Part shown: positions 10,710 through 20,365 of the stretch, one piece after another
Layout: each line of letters begins with the position of its first letter
Position numbering within the stretch: the stretch's first letter is position 1
Source: Ramlibacter sp.
GTDB taxonomy: Bacteria > Pseudomonadota > Gammaproteobacteria > Burkholderiales > Burkholderiaceae_C
Direction: 5' to 3'
Assembly (NCBI GenBank): GCA_035559095.1
Contig: DATMBW010000446.1
Location: forward strand, 1-32,478
DNA length: 32,478 nucleotides
Translations under genes and position numbers: made by a program
The notes under the pieces: model-generated
The model's input: the letters and a program-made list of their open reading frames with translations, nothing else
What the model was told of the DNA's origin: nothing
Database searches by the model: none

Positions 10710-11723
10710 GTGAAACAGATTATAGGGGGCGCAGCGTCCGGCGCAAGCGGGCAGGCAAAATTAGTCGAGGTGGACGAGGATTCCGCCGGCCAGCGGCTCG
10801 ACAACTTTCTCATCCGCCGGCTCAAGGGCGTGCCGAAAACCCATGTCTACCGCATCATTCGCAGTGGCGAAGTCCGGGTGAACAAGGGCCGCGCCGCGGC
10901 CGACCTGCGGGTCGAGGCGGGCGACGTCGTGCGCTTGCCGCCGGTGCGCATTTCCGAAAAAGTCGCGGAAAAACTGGACAAGCCGGCCCCGGCGCGCGAG
11001 TTTCCGATTCTTTTCGAGGACGAGCACCTGATCGCCGTCGACAAGCCGGCCGGAGTGGCGGTGCACGGGGGCAGCGGCGTCAGTTTCGGGCTGATCGAAC
11101 AGTTGCGCCGGGCACGGCCCGGCGTGAAATTCCTGGAACTGGTGCACCGGCTGGACCGCGAAACCTCCGGCATCCTGCTGATCGCGAAGAAGCGCTCGGC
11201 CCTGACCCGGCTGCAGGACCAGTTCCGCGAGCGCGAAACGGGCAAGACGTACCTGGCCCTGGTGGCAGGGGCCTGGCCGGCCAACCGCAAGGTGATCGAC
11301 GTGCCGCTGCACAAGTACCTGCAAGCCGACGGCGAGCGCCGCGTCAAGGTGGTGTCCAAGGACGACCCGGACGGAATGCGGTCGATTACCCTGGTGAAGG
11401 TGAAGGATTTGATTCCGGCGAAGGGGGGCATTCGGGCTTCCGGCTTTACGCTCGTCGAAGTCACCATCAAGACCGGCCGGACGCACCAGATCCGGGTCCA
11501 TCTCGCGTCGCAGGGGCATCCGATCGCGGGCGACGACAAGTATGGCGACTTCGAGCTCAACAAGGCGCTGCAAAAGCAGGGGCTCAAGCGAATGTACCTG
11601 CACGCGTGGCGGTTACAGTTCAACCATCCCGCCAGCGGCGAGCGCATCGAATTGCTCGCCGCGCTGCCCCCGGAACTGAAGAAGTTTGCCGACCATGCCC
11701 CGCCTGCGCCCCCGCCAGTTTGA
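10710..11723 (+). CDS. rluC: RluA/RluC family 23S rRNA pseudouridine synthase
   Basis: S4 domain (GQRLDNFL...YRIIRSGEVRVN), KPAGVAVHGG, catalytic HRLDRETSG, TGRTHQIRVH; divergent from rne as usual. GTG start at 10710 inferred. Confidence 0.94.
   Translation: MKQIIGGAASGASGQAKLVEVDEDSAGQRLDNFLIRRLKGVPKTHVYRIIRSGEVRVNKGRAAADLRVEAGDVVRLPPVRISEKVAEKLDKPAPAREFPILFEDEHLIAVDKPAGVAVHGGSGVSFGLIEQLRRARPGVKFLELVHRLDRETSGILLIAKKRSALTRLQDQFRERETGKTYLALVAGAWPANRKVIDVPLHKYLQADGERRVKVVSKDDPDGMRSITLVKVKDLIPAKGGIRASGFTLVEVTIKTGRTHQIRVHLASQGHPIAGDDKYGDFELNKALQKQGLKRMYLHAWRLQFNHPASGERIELLAALPPELKKFADHAPPAPPPV
10719..10746 (-). promoter_or_regulatory. Putative sigma70 promoter for rne
   Basis: Minus strand TTGCGC-N16-TATAAT pointing toward rne; overlaps the first rluC codons. 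Confidence 0.55.
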
Positions 11724-12363
11724 CCTGATCGCCTTCGACTGGGACGGCACGCTGTTCGACTCCACACGGATCATCGTCCGCTGCATCCAGCGCGCCGTGG
11801 TGGACGTCGGCGGCAACATGCCATCGGACAAGGCCGCGGCCTACGTGATCGGCCTGGGCCTGATGCAGGCGCTGGCCCATGCGGCGCCCGATGTGCCGAA
11901 GGAGAAATACCCTCAGCTCGGCGCGCGCTACCGGCACCATTACATCGCTCACCAGGACGACCTGAGCCTGTTCGAGGGCGTGCTGCCGCTGCTGGATGAA
12001 CTCAAGGCGCGCCACCACTGGCTGGCGGTGGCTACGGGAAAGTCGCGCCGCGGACTGGACGAAGCGCTTGAATCGGTCCAGCTCAAGGGCAGGTTCGATG
12101 GCTCGCGCACGGCCGACGAAACGGCCAGCAAGCCGCATCCCCGCATGCTCCAGGAGCTGATGCGCGAATTCGGCGCCGACCCGGGTCGCACGCTGATGAT
12201 CGGCGACACGACGCACGACCTGCAAATGGCGGTGAACGCGGGCTGCGCCGCGGTCGGTGTGGCATACGGTGCCCACGAGCCTTCGCAATTCGAAGCGCTG
12301 AAGCCTGTTTTTGTGGCGCGCTCGGTACCAGAACTGCATCACTGGCTGCTGAAAAACGCCTGA
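11695..12363 (+). CDS. HAD-IA family hydrolase (phosphoglycolate phosphatase-like)
   Basis: Motif I FDWDGTL, motif II ATGK, SKPHP and MIGDTTHD. Confidence 0.9.
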   Translation: MPRLRPRQFDLIAFDWDGTLFDSTRIIVRCIQRAVVDVGGNMPSDKAAAYVIGLGLMQALAHAAPDVPKEKYPQLGARYRHHYIAHQDDLSLFEGVLPLLDELKARHHWLAVATGKSRRGLDEALESVQLKGRFDGSRTADETASKPHPRMLQELMREFGADPGRTLMIGDTTHDLQMAVNAGCAAVGVAYGAHEPSQFEALKPVFVARSVPELHHWLLKNA

Positions 12364-12371
12364 GCACGGAA

Positions 12372-12737
12372 ATGCCCCAAGCGATCGCCCTGTGCAAGTC
12401 GGCCGACCTGGCGGACGGCGGCGAGGCGGTGCCCTTCGACGTGGTCGTCGGCGGCCAGGCCTGCCGTGCGTTCGCGATCCGTTTCGAAGGACGGGTGCAT
12501 GCCTACCTCAACCGCTGCACGCATGTGGCGATGGAACTGGATTGGCTGCCGAATCGCTTCTTCGACGACAGCGGCCGCTGGCTGGTTTGCGGCAGCCACG
12601 GCGCCCTCTACCGGCCCGACACCGGCGCCTGCGCGGCCGGCCCTTGCCGCGCCGGCCTGGTGAAAATCGCCCTGAGCGAACTGAACGGGGTGGTCCACTG
12701 GCATACTGACCACAATCTCAAGCCTGCCGAGTCATAG
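12372..12737 (+). CDS. Rieske [2Fe-2S] ferredoxin-like protein
   Basis: NRCTH ... CGSHGALY (CxH/CxxH ligands) and AGPC. Confidence 0.88.
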   Translation: MPQAIALCKSADLADGGEAVPFDVVVGGQACRAFAIRFEGRVHAYLNRCTHVAMELDWLPNRFFDDSGRWLVCGSHGALYRPDTGACAAGPCRAGLVKIALSELNGVVHWHTDHNLKPAES

Positions 12738-12742
12738 AACAC

Positions 12743-13780
12743 ATGAACGAATCGCAACCGCCCGACCCCACGGGCCCTGAATCCAGCTCTTCGGCGCCTG
12801 GCGCCGCGCCGGCGCGCCCCGCGGCCCAGGCCGAAACCGACCGGCTTGCGGCCGCCCCGGGGTGGGAGCGTGCCACGTTCGAAAAGCTCATGTTCGCGAC
12901 GCTGGAGGAACAGCGCACGGCCCGCCGGTGGCGCAGCTTCATCCGGCTTGCCTGGTTGGCTTTCTTCGTCGTCCTGCTTTGGGCACTGATGTATCGCGGC
13001 TCGCCCGCTATGGACAAGACCGCGCCGCACACGGCGGTGATCGAAATCAAGGGCGAAATCGCCTCGGGTGCGGATGCCAGCGCGGAAAACGTCGTGGCCG
13101 CGATGCGATCGGCGTTCGAGGACACGGGTTCCCAGGCGGTGGTGCTCCTGATCAACTCGCCCGGTGGCAGCCCGGTGCAGGCCGGCATCATCAACAACGA
13201 GATCAAGCGCCTGAGAATCAAGCACAAGAAGCCCGTGTACGCGGTGGTGGAGGAGGCCTGTGCCTCGGCGGCGTACTACATCGCCGCGGCCACCGACCGC
13301 ATCTTCGTGGACAAGGCCAGCATCGTCGGCAGTATCGGCGTGCTGATGGACGGTTTCGGCTTCACCGGCCTGATGGACAAGCTCGGTGTCGAGCGGCGGC
13401 TGATGACGGCCGGCGACAACAAGGGCTTTCTCGATCCGTTCAGCCCGCAGACGGAAAAGCATCGCGTCTTTGCGCAATCCATGCTCGATCAGGTGCACCG
13501 GCAGTTCATCGACGCGGTCAAAGCCGGCCGCGGCAAGCGACTGAAGGAATCGCCGGAGCTGTTCAGTGGCTTGTTCTGGACCGGGCAGCAGTCGGTGGAA
13601 CTGGGTTTGGCCGACCAGTTGGGCAGCCTGGACTTCGTCGCGCGCGAAGTGGTGAAGGCCGAGGAACTGGTGGACTACACGCGCCGTGAAAACGTCGCGG
13701 AACGCCTGGCCAAGAAATTCGGCGCCGCCCTGGGCGAAGGCGCGATACGGGCGCTCAAGACGGTGCCGGTCCTGCGCTGA
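12743..13780 (+). CDS. S49 family peptidase (SppA-like)
   Basis: N-terminal TM; INSPGGS, CASAAYYIA, SIVGSIGV, FSGLFWTG and GLAD motifs. Confidence 0.92.
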   Translation: MNESQPPDPTGPESSSSAPGAAPARPAAQAETDRLAAAPGWERATFEKLMFATLEEQRTARRWRSFIRLAWLAFFVVLLWALMYRGSPAMDKTAPHTAVIEIKGEIASGADASAENVVAAMRSAFEDTGSQAVVLLINSPGGSPVQAGIINNEIKRLRIKHKKPVYAVVEEACASAAYYIAAATDRIFVDKASIVGSIGVLMDGFGFTGLMDKLGVERRLMTAGDNKGFLDPFSPQTEKHRVFAQSMLDQVHRQFIDAVKAGRGKRLKESPELFSGLFWTGQQSVELGLADQLGSLDFVAREVVKAEELVDYTRRENVAERLAKKFGAALGEGAIRALKTVPVLR

Positions 13781-13788
13781 CGGCTGCC

Positions 13789-14553
13789 CTAGCGCCCGAT
13801 CGCGAACACGGCGGGGACATCGCTCTTCACGGGCGCGTCTTGCTGCTTCCAGAGCTTGACGGACTGGCTGCGGGCGAGGGCCCGCGGTAATGTGAGGCCG
13901 CTGCCCACAGCCAGGCGCGTCGCGGGCTGCAAGGTGTTGACCAGCGCTTCCCACAAAGCCGGGTTGCGATACGGTGTCTCGATGAAGAGCTGGGCCTGGC
14001 CGCTGCGCAGGGCCAGCGATTCAAGCTCGCGAATGCGCTGGGCCCGCTGCGCCGGGTCCTGCGGCAAGTAGCCCACGAAGGCGAAATTCTGGCCATTGAG
14101 CCCGCTCGCGGCCAGGGCCAGCAGCAGCGAGACCGGCCCAACGAGGGGAACGACCGGTACGCCCAGGGCGTGCGCGGCGCGGACCACCGATGAGCCGGGG
14201 TCCGCGACGGCCGGCATGCCGGCCTCGCTGACCAGCCCGATGTCATGGCCTTGTTGCGCCGGCGCCAGCAGCGCGCTCGCGTCGAAGCCGCCTTCATGGT
14301 CGCCCTTCTTGTGCACTTCCCTGGGCAGCTCGGTGATCTGCTGCTCGCGCAAGGGCAGCGCCAGCGGATGCACTTCGCCGATACGCTTGAGCAAGGCGCG
14401 CGCCGACTTGGCGTTCTCGCAAATCCAGTGCGTCAGCGCGGCGGCGGCTGCCAGGGTGCCGGCGGGCATCACGTCCGTGAGCGGTGCCTGCACCGCACAG
14501 CCGAAGTCCAGCGGCGCCGGAACGAGATACAGCTTGCCGGGCGCCGCCGCCAT
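13789..14553 (-). CDS. Tetrapyrrole-methylase-fold SAM-dependent methyltransferase (RsmI-like)
   Basis: GKLYLVP, VSEAGMPAVADPG, PLVGPVS, FAFVGYLP, FIETPYRN; ATG 14553 overlaps the maf stop (TGATG). Confidence 0.85.
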   Translation of the reverse strand: MAAAPGKLYLVPAPLDFGCAVQAPLTDVMPAGTLAAAAALTHWICENAKSARALLKRIGEVHPLALPLREQQITELPREVHKKGDHEGGFDASALLAPAQQGHDIGLVSEAGMPAVADPGSSVVRAAHALGVPVVPLVGPVSLLLALAASGLNGQNFAFVGYLPQDPAQRAQRIRELESLALRSGQAQLFIETPYRNPALWEALVNTLQPATRLAVGSGLTLPRALARSQSVKLWKQQDAPVKSDVPAVFAIGR

Positions 14554-15158
14554 CACAGCACCTTCACGCCCGCCGCACGGATCATCCGGCAAGTGCGGAT
14601 CAGGGGCAGGCCGACCAGGGCCGTGGGGTCGTCGCTGTCGATCGCTTCGAGCAGGGCAATGCCCAAGCCCTCGCTGCGGGCGCTGCCGGCGCAGTCGTAG
14701 GGTCGTTCGGCGCGAAGGTAGGACTCGATTTCGGCATCGCTGAGGTTGCGGAACGTCACCCGCACCGGCGCCACCTCCAGCTGCTCGAAACCGCTTGCGG
14801 CGCACACCACCGCGACGGCGGTCTGGAAGATGACGGTTTGGCCGCGCATCCGCCGCAGCTGGACCGTCGCCTTCGCATGCGTGCCCGGTTTGCCCAGGGA
14901 TTCGCCGGCCAGATCGGCCACCTGGTCCGAGCCGATCACCACCGCCTCGGGAAAAAGCGCCGCCACCGCGCGGGCCTTGGCCAGCGCCAGCCGTCGCGCC
15001 AGTTCGAGCGGCGACTCGTTCGGGCGCGGCGTCTCGTCAACCTCGGGCGCGGCTGTCACGAACGGCAGCTTCAAGCGCGACAGCAGGTCGCGGCGGTAGG
15101 GGGAGGTCGAGCCCAGCACCAGCGGCCGGTTTCGAACATGAATGGAGGCCTCGGACAT
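14553..15158 (-). CDS. Maf family nucleoside triphosphate pyrophosphatase (YceF-like)
   Basis: LVLGSTSPYRR, VDETP, LALAKA, IGSDQV, LGKPG, LVGLPL; divergent from yceD as for YceF. Confidence 0.92.
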   Translation of the reverse strand: MSEASIHVRNRPLVLGSTSPYRRDLLSRLKLPFVTAAPEVDETPRPNESPLELARRLALAKARAVAALFPEAVVIGSDQVADLAGESLGKPGTHAKATVQLRRMRGQTVIFQTAVAVVCAASGFEQLEVAPVRVTFRNLSDAEIESYLRAERPYDCAGSARSEGLGIALLEAIDSDDPTALVGLPLIRTCRMIRAAGVKVL

Positions 15159-15183
15159 GGCCCGATTCTCTTACACTGGTTCA

Positions 15184-15729
15184 ATGAGCAGAGAGTTCGT
15201 GGCGCGCCGCCTGGATGTGAGGAGCTTCGCCGAAGAGGGTGCCGCCCTGAGCGGCCAGCAACCGGTGCAATTGCATCACCGGCTGATGGCGGAGACCCAG
15301 GAACGCGGCGCCGCGTCGCCCGTCACCTGGTCGGTCCGAGGCGAAATGCGCAACCCGCGCCACGTGCATCCGGAAATCTGGCTGCACCTGAAGGCGCAGG
15401 CCGTCCTGGCGCTGACCTGCCAGCGCTGCCTCGGCCCGGTGGACGTGCCGATCGCGCTGGATCGATCCTTTCGTTTCGTCGCCGATGAAGACATGGCCGC
15501 GGCGCAGGACGAGCAGTCCGAGGAGGACGTGCTTGCCCTGAGCCGCAGTTTCGACCTGGTCGAACTGGTCGAGGACGAATTGCTGATGGAGCTGCCCTTG
15601 GCGCCGCGGCACGAAAGCTGCCCCGGTCCGGTGAAACTGGCGCTGGCCGACGAGGACTTCGAGGCTGCCGAGGCACCGCGCGAGAACCCCTTCGCGATGC
15701 TGGGCAAGTTCAAGGCCCGCAAGACCTAG
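15184..15729 (+). CDS. yceD: YceD/DUF177 family protein (large ribosomal subunit accumulation)
   Basis: CQRCL, LVEDELLMELPLAPRH, C-terminal NPFA; upstream of rpmF. Confidence 0.9.
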   Translation: MSREFVARRLDVRSFAEEGAALSGQQPVQLHHRLMAETQERGAASPVTWSVRGEMRNPRHVHPEIWLHLKAQAVLALTCQRCLGPVDVPIALDRSFRFVADEDMAAAQDEQSEEDVLALSRSFDLVELVEDELLMELPLAPRHESCPGPVKLALADEDFEAAEAPRENPFAMLGKFKARKT

Positions 15730-15748
15730 GCAAGTCAACGGGTTGGGC

Positions 15749-15754
15749 TATAAT
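15749..15754 (+). promoter_or_regulatory. Putative -10 element for rpmF
   Basis: Perfect TATAAT ~105 bp upstream of the rpmF ATG in GC-rich context. Confidence 0.5.
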
Positions 15755-15858
15755 CATGGGCTTCGCGCCCCCAAGTCTTGCAGCTTTGCGGGCGCCCACC
15801 CGACAAAATCAACCGCCCTGCGCCGCGCGCAAGGCCCTTTTGAATCCAGGAGCCCCTC

Positions 15859-16041
15859 ATGGCCGTCCAGCAAAACAAGAAGTCGCCGTCCAAGCGCGGC
15901 ATGCATCGCTCGCACAACGCATTGGTCGCCCCCGGCATTGCCGTGGAACCCACCACCGGCGAAACCCACCTGCGCCACCACGTCAGCCCCACCGGCTTCT
16001 ATCGTGGGCGCAAGGTGCTCAAGACCAAGAACGAAGCCTGA
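15859..16041 (+). CDS. rpmF: 50S ribosomal protein bL32 (Cys-free type)
   Basis: [19 protein letters not shown]...[20 protein letters not shown]; AGGAG RBS. Confidence 0.98.
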   Translation: MAVQQNKKSPSKRGMHRSHNALVAPGIAVEPTTGETHLRHHVSPTGFYRGRKVLKTKNEA

Positions 16042-16059
16042 CCCGGTTTTGCGTTCCTG

Positions 16060-16097
16060 AGGCCCGGCTGCGCGTGCGCAGCGCGGGCCTTTGTTTT
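16060..16097 (+). terminator. Intrinsic terminator after rpmF
   Basis: AGGCCC-G-GCTGCGC/GCGCAGC-GC-GGGCCT hairpin followed by TTGTTTT. Confidence 0.65.
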
Positions 16098-16159
16098 GTC
16101 GCACGCATCGCACCCGGTTCGCCGGGGACTCCGTCACCAAAAGCTCTACATTTGATGCC

Positions 16160-17212
16160 ATGACCATTTTGGCTGTCGATTGCATGGGGGGCGACCACGG
16201 GCCGCGCGTCACGCTCGCCGCCTGCCGGAACTTCCTGGATATGCATTCCGACGCGCGGCTGTTGCTGGTCGGTGCGCGGGACAGCCTGGGCGGCTTCAGC
16301 CATCCACGCGCAAGCGTCGTACCGGCATCGGAGGTCGTGGCCATGGACGATGCCGTTGAAGTTGCGCTGCGCAGGAAAAAAGATTCCTCGATGCGCGTGG
16401 CCATCCAGCAGGTCAAGGAGGGCCGGGCACAGGCCGCGGTTTCGGCCGGCAATACGGGGGCCCTGATGGCCCTGGCACGCTACCTGCTCAAGACCGCCGA
16501 TGGCATCGACCGGCCGGCCATCGCTTCCCACTTGCCAAACGCGAAAGGCGGAGCCACCACCGTGCTCGACCTCGGGGCGAATGTCGATTGCACCGAGCAG
16601 CACCTGCTTCAGTTCGCCGTGATGGGGTCGGCCCTGGTCTCCGCCTTGAACCATGTGGACGCGCCATCGGTCGGCCTGTTGAACATCGGCGAGGAAATCA
16701 TCAAGGGCAGCGACGTGATCAAGAAAGCCGGCGACCTGTTGCGATCGGCGGCCGGCTCGGGCGACCTGAACTTCTACGGAAACGTCGAAGGCGACGACAT
16801 CTTCAGGGGCACGACCGATATCGTGGTCTGCGATGGCTTCGTCGGCAACGTGGCCCTGAAAACCAGCGAGGGCCTGGCGTTTATGGTCACCAGTTTCCTG
16901 AAAGAGGAATTTTCGCGTAACGTCTTTACCAAATTGGCGGCGATCGTCGTCTATCCGGTGCTATCTCACTTTAAAAAGCGCGTCGACTACCGGCGTTACA
17001 ACGGCGCGGCGCTGCTAGGCCTGCGCGGCCTGGTGTTCAAGAGCCATGGTTCGGCCGACGAGTTTGCTTTCGAGCAGGCCCTGAACCGGGCGTATGATGC
17101 GGCCCGAAACAACTTGCTCGACCGCGTCCAGGCGCGCATTGCCCATGCCAGGCCCCTGCTGCTGGGCGGCGAAGGCAATGCCCTGCCGCTGGAAGTGGTT
17201 GCGACCGACTAA
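16160..17212 (+). CDS. plsX: Phosphate acyltransferase PlsX
   Basis: [56 protein letters not shown]. Confidence 0.97.
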   Translation: MTILAVDCMGGDHGPRVTLAACRNFLDMHSDARLLLVGARDSLGGFSHPRASVVPASEVVAMDDAVEVALRRKKDSSMRVAIQQVKEGRAQAAVSAGNTGALMALARYLLKTADGIDRPAIASHLPNAKGGATTVLDLGANVDCTEQHLLQFAVMGSALVSALNHVDAPSVGLLNIGEEIIKGSDVIKKAGDLLRSAAGSGDLNFYGNVEGDDIFRGTTDIVVCDGFVGNVALKTSEGLAFMVTSFLKEEFSRNVFTKLAAIVVYPVLSHFKKRVDYRRYNGAALLGLRGLVFKSHGSADEFAFEQALNRAYDAARNNLLDRVQARIAHARPLLLGGEGNALPLEVVATD

Positions 17213-18186
17213 TGAGATATTCCCGCATCATCGGCACCGGCAGCTATCTGCCCCCGCGCCGCGTGACCAACGCCGACCTCGCTGCCGAACTGGGGGCCAG
17301 GGGTGTCGAAACCTCCGACCAATGGATCGTGGAGCGTACGGGCATCCGTGCCCGCCACTTCGCAGCGCCCGAGGTCACCTCGAGCGACTTGGGCGCGCAT
17401 GCTGCGCGCCAGGCCATCGCGGCTGCCGGCATCGATGCCAAGGACATCGACCTGATCATCCTTGCCACATCCACGCCCGACATGGTCTTCCCGTCGGCCG
17501 CCTGCATCCTGCAGGAAAAGCTGGGCATCGCCGGCTGCGCCGCGTTCGACGTGCAAGCCGTCTGCAGCGGCTTCGTTTACGCGCTGACCATCGCCGACGC
17601 CATGATCAAGACCGGCTCGGCGAGCAAGGCGCTGGTCGTGGGCGCTGAGGTGTTCTCGCGCATCCTCGACTTCAACGACCGCACGACGTGCGTGCTCTTC
17701 GGCGACGGTGCCGGCGCGGTGGTGCTGGAAGCCTCCGACACGCCCGGCATCCTGGCGAGCGACCTGCATGCCGACGGCAAGCACGTGGGCATCCTCTGCG
17801 TGCCCGGTACCGTGTCGGGCGGAAAGGTGCTGGGCGACCCGCTGCTGAAGATGGATGGCCAGGCCGTGTTCAAGCTGGCCGTGGGCGTGCTGGAAGACGC
17901 GGCCCGGGCCACGCTGGCGAAGGCGGGCAAGACGACGGCCGACATCGACTGGCTGATCCCCCACCAGGCCAATATCCGCATCATGCAGGGCACCGCGCGG
18001 AAGCTGAAGCTGCCGATGGACAAGCTTGTGGTGACCGTGGACGAGCACGGCAACACCTCCGCCGCTTCCATTCCGCTGGCCCTGGACGCCGCGGTGCGCG
18101 GCGGCAAGGTCGGCAAGGGCGACACGCTGATGCTCGAAGGCGTGGGTGGCGGCTTCACCTGGGGCGCGGTGCTGGTGGACTTCTAG
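17212..18186 (+). CDS. fabH: 3-oxoacyl-ACP synthase III
   Basis: [15 protein letters not shown], catalytic [27 protein letters not shown]. Confidence 0.97.
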   Translation: MRYSRIIGTGSYLPPRRVTNADLAAELGARGVETSDQWIVERTGIRARHFAAPEVTSSDLGAHAARQAIAAAGIDAKDIDLIILATSTPDMVFPSAACILQEKLGIAGCAAFDVQAVCSGFVYALTIADAMIKTGSASKALVVGAEVFSRILDFNDRTTCVLFGDGAGAVVLEASDTPGILASDLHADGKHVGILCVPGTVSGGKVLGDPLLKMDGQAVFKLAVGVLEDAARATLAKAGKTTADIDWLIPHQANIRIMQGTARKLKLPMDKLVVTVDEHGNTSAASIPLALDAAVRGGKVGKGDTLMLEGVGGGFTWGAVLVDF

Positions 18187-18235
18187 GGCGCGGCCGCGCC
18201 GCTGCCGCCGGTTCATTTGATAGTTGGGAACGAGC

Positions 18236-19186
18236 ATGAAATCCTTCGCATTCGTCTTTCCGGGCCAGGGCTCGCAGTCCGTCGGCATGCTCGATGGCTG
18301 GGGCGGCCACCCGGCCGTCGCCCAGGCGTTGCAGGAAGCGTCCGACGCGCTGGGCGAGGACCTTGCCAGGCTAATTGGCCAGGGGCCCAAAGAGGCACTG
18401 GGGCTGACCACCAACACGCAGCCGGTCATGCTGGTGGCGGGCGTCGCGGCCTACCGGGCCTGGCGCGCCGAAGGAGGCGCCGAACCGGCGGTGATGGCGG
18501 GTCATTCGCTGGGCGAGTACTCCGCGCTGGTTGCTTCCGGCGTATTGACGCTGGCGCAAGCCGCGCCGCTGGTGCGCTTTCGGGCCCAAGCGATGCAGGA
18601 CGCGGTGCCGGTGGGCACGGGCGCCATGGCCGCGATTCTCGGGATGGATGCGCGGCGCGTGATCGAGGGCTGCGCGCAGGCCGTGCGCAGTTTCGGCATC
18701 AACGCCGACGAGGTCGTGGAGGCGGTCAACTTCAACGATCCGGCGCAAACCGTGATCGCCGGCAGCAAGGCCGCCGTCGAGAAGGCCTGCGAGGTGCTCA
18801 AGGCAAACGGCGCGAAGCGCGCCCTGCCGCTGCCGGTATCGGCGCCGTTCCACTCCAGCCTGATGAAACCGGCCGCCGAAAAGCTCAGGGAGAAGCTCGC
18901 GGCCACGCCCTTTGCGCCGCCGCGCATTCCCGTGGTCAACAACGTCGAAGCCCGCATCGAAACCGACCCTGACCGGATCCGCGGCGCACTCTATGAACAG
19001 GCGTTCGGTCCCGTGCGCTGGGTCGAGTGCGTGGAGGCGATCAAAGCCCGCGGCGTGGCCACCATCATCGAATGCGGGCCCGGCAAGGTGCTGGCGGGGC
19101 TTTGCAAGCGCATCGATGCCGAGCTCACCGGCGCGGCGCTTTATGACCCGGCCACGCTGGCCGAGGTGAAAGGACTGCTCGCATGA
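18236..19186 (+). CDS. fabD: Malonyl-CoA:ACP transacylase
   Basis: FPGQGSQ, TQP, GHSLGEYSAL, VSAPFHS, ECGPGKVL. Confidence 0.97.
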   Translation: MKSFAFVFPGQGSQSVGMLDGWGGHPAVAQALQEASDALGEDLARLIGQGPKEALGLTTNTQPVMLVAGVAAYRAWRAEGGAEPAVMAGHSLGEYSALVASGVLTLAQAAPLVRFRAQAMQDAVPVGTGAMAAILGMDARRVIEGCAQAVRSFGINADEVVEAVNFNDPAQTVIAGSKAAVEKACEVLKANGAKRALPLPVSAPFHSSLMKPAAEKLREKLAATPFAPPRIPVVNNVEARIETDPDRIRGALYEQAFGPVRWVECVEAIKARGVATIIECGPGKVLAGLCKRIDAELTGAALYDPATLAEVKGLLA

Positions 19187-19929
19187 ATACCGCGTTCGAG
19201 GGGCAGGTTGCCCTGGTGACCGGCGCTTCCCGCGGGATCGGCGCCGCCATTGCGCTGGAGCTGGCGCGCCGGGGACTGAAAGTCGTCGGCACGGCCACGA
19301 CCGGCGACGGGGCGGCCAAGGTGACCGCGATGCTGTCGGCGTATGCCGGCTGCAAGGGTGCCATGCTCGACGTCAACGATGCAGCGGCCGGCCAGGCGAT
19401 GGTCGACGGCATCGTGAAGGAGCACGGCGGCCTGCACGTACTCGTGAACAATGCGGGCATCACGCGCGACATGTTGGCAATGCGGCTGAAGGACGAGGAC
19501 TGGGATGCCGTCCTGGACACCAATCTCAAGGCCGTGTTCCGCATGAGCCGGGCCGTGATGCGCACCATGATGAAGCAGCGCCATGGCCGCATCATCAGCA
19601 TCACTTCGGTAGTCGGCGCTTCCGGCAACCCGGGGCAGGCCAACTATGCGGCGGCCAAGGCCGGCGTCGCCGGAATGACGCGTGCTCTCGCGCGCGAGCT
19701 CGGCGGCCGGGGCATCACGGTCAATTGCGTCGCGCCCGGCTTTATCGAAACCGACATGACCTCGGGGTTGCCGGAAGAGCAGCGCCAGGCGTTGCTGGCA
19801 CAGATTCCCCTGGGGCACCTGGGGCAGCCCGCCGACATTGCCCATGCGGTGGCGTTCCTGGCTTCCCCCCAGGCCGGGTACGTGACGGGACAGGAGATTC
19901 ACGTCAACGGCGGGATGTACATGTCCTGA
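19183..19929 (+). CDS. fabG: 3-oxoacyl-ACP reductase
   Basis: VTGASRGIG, NNAGITRD, YAAAK, VAPGFIETDMT; fab cluster position. Confidence 0.97.
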   Translation: MNTAFEGQVALVTGASRGIGAAIALELARRGLKVVGTATTGDGAAKVTAMLSAYAGCKGAMLDVNDAAAGQAMVDGIVKEHGGLHVLVNNAGITRDMLAMRLKDEDWDAVLDTNLKAVFRMSRAVMRTMMKQRHGRIISITSVVGASGNPGQANYAAAKAGVAGMTRALARELGGRGITVNCVAPGFIETDMTSGLPEEQRQALLAQIPLGHLGQPADIAHAVAFLASPQAGYVTGQEIHVNGGMYMS

Positions 19930-19940
19930 CGACGAGGTAA

Positions 19941-20272
<332 letters not shown>

Positions 20273-20273
<1 letters not shown>

Positions 20274-20365
20274 TGAGAACCGCCGGACCGCTCCAAGGTG
20301 CGAGGGCCCGCTTGGGGGGCAGCGCCGCGGCCCTGGCCGCAAGCGTGGGGGCTCGATTCCTATGA
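20273..20365 (-). repeat. Interspersed element copy B (acpP-fabF junction, inverted) with 30-aa bridging ORF on + strand
   Basis: Reverse complement reads GAGCCCCCACGCTTGCG...CGCTGCCCCCCAAGCGGG...CCTTGGAGCGGTCCGGCG; flanked by ATGA direct repeats at 20273 and 20362. Confidence 0.65.

Noticed and set aside
18187-18235. fabH-fabD spacer as a fourth copy of the junction element
   Set aside because: Lacks the shared motifs, flanking direct repeat and bridging ATG.
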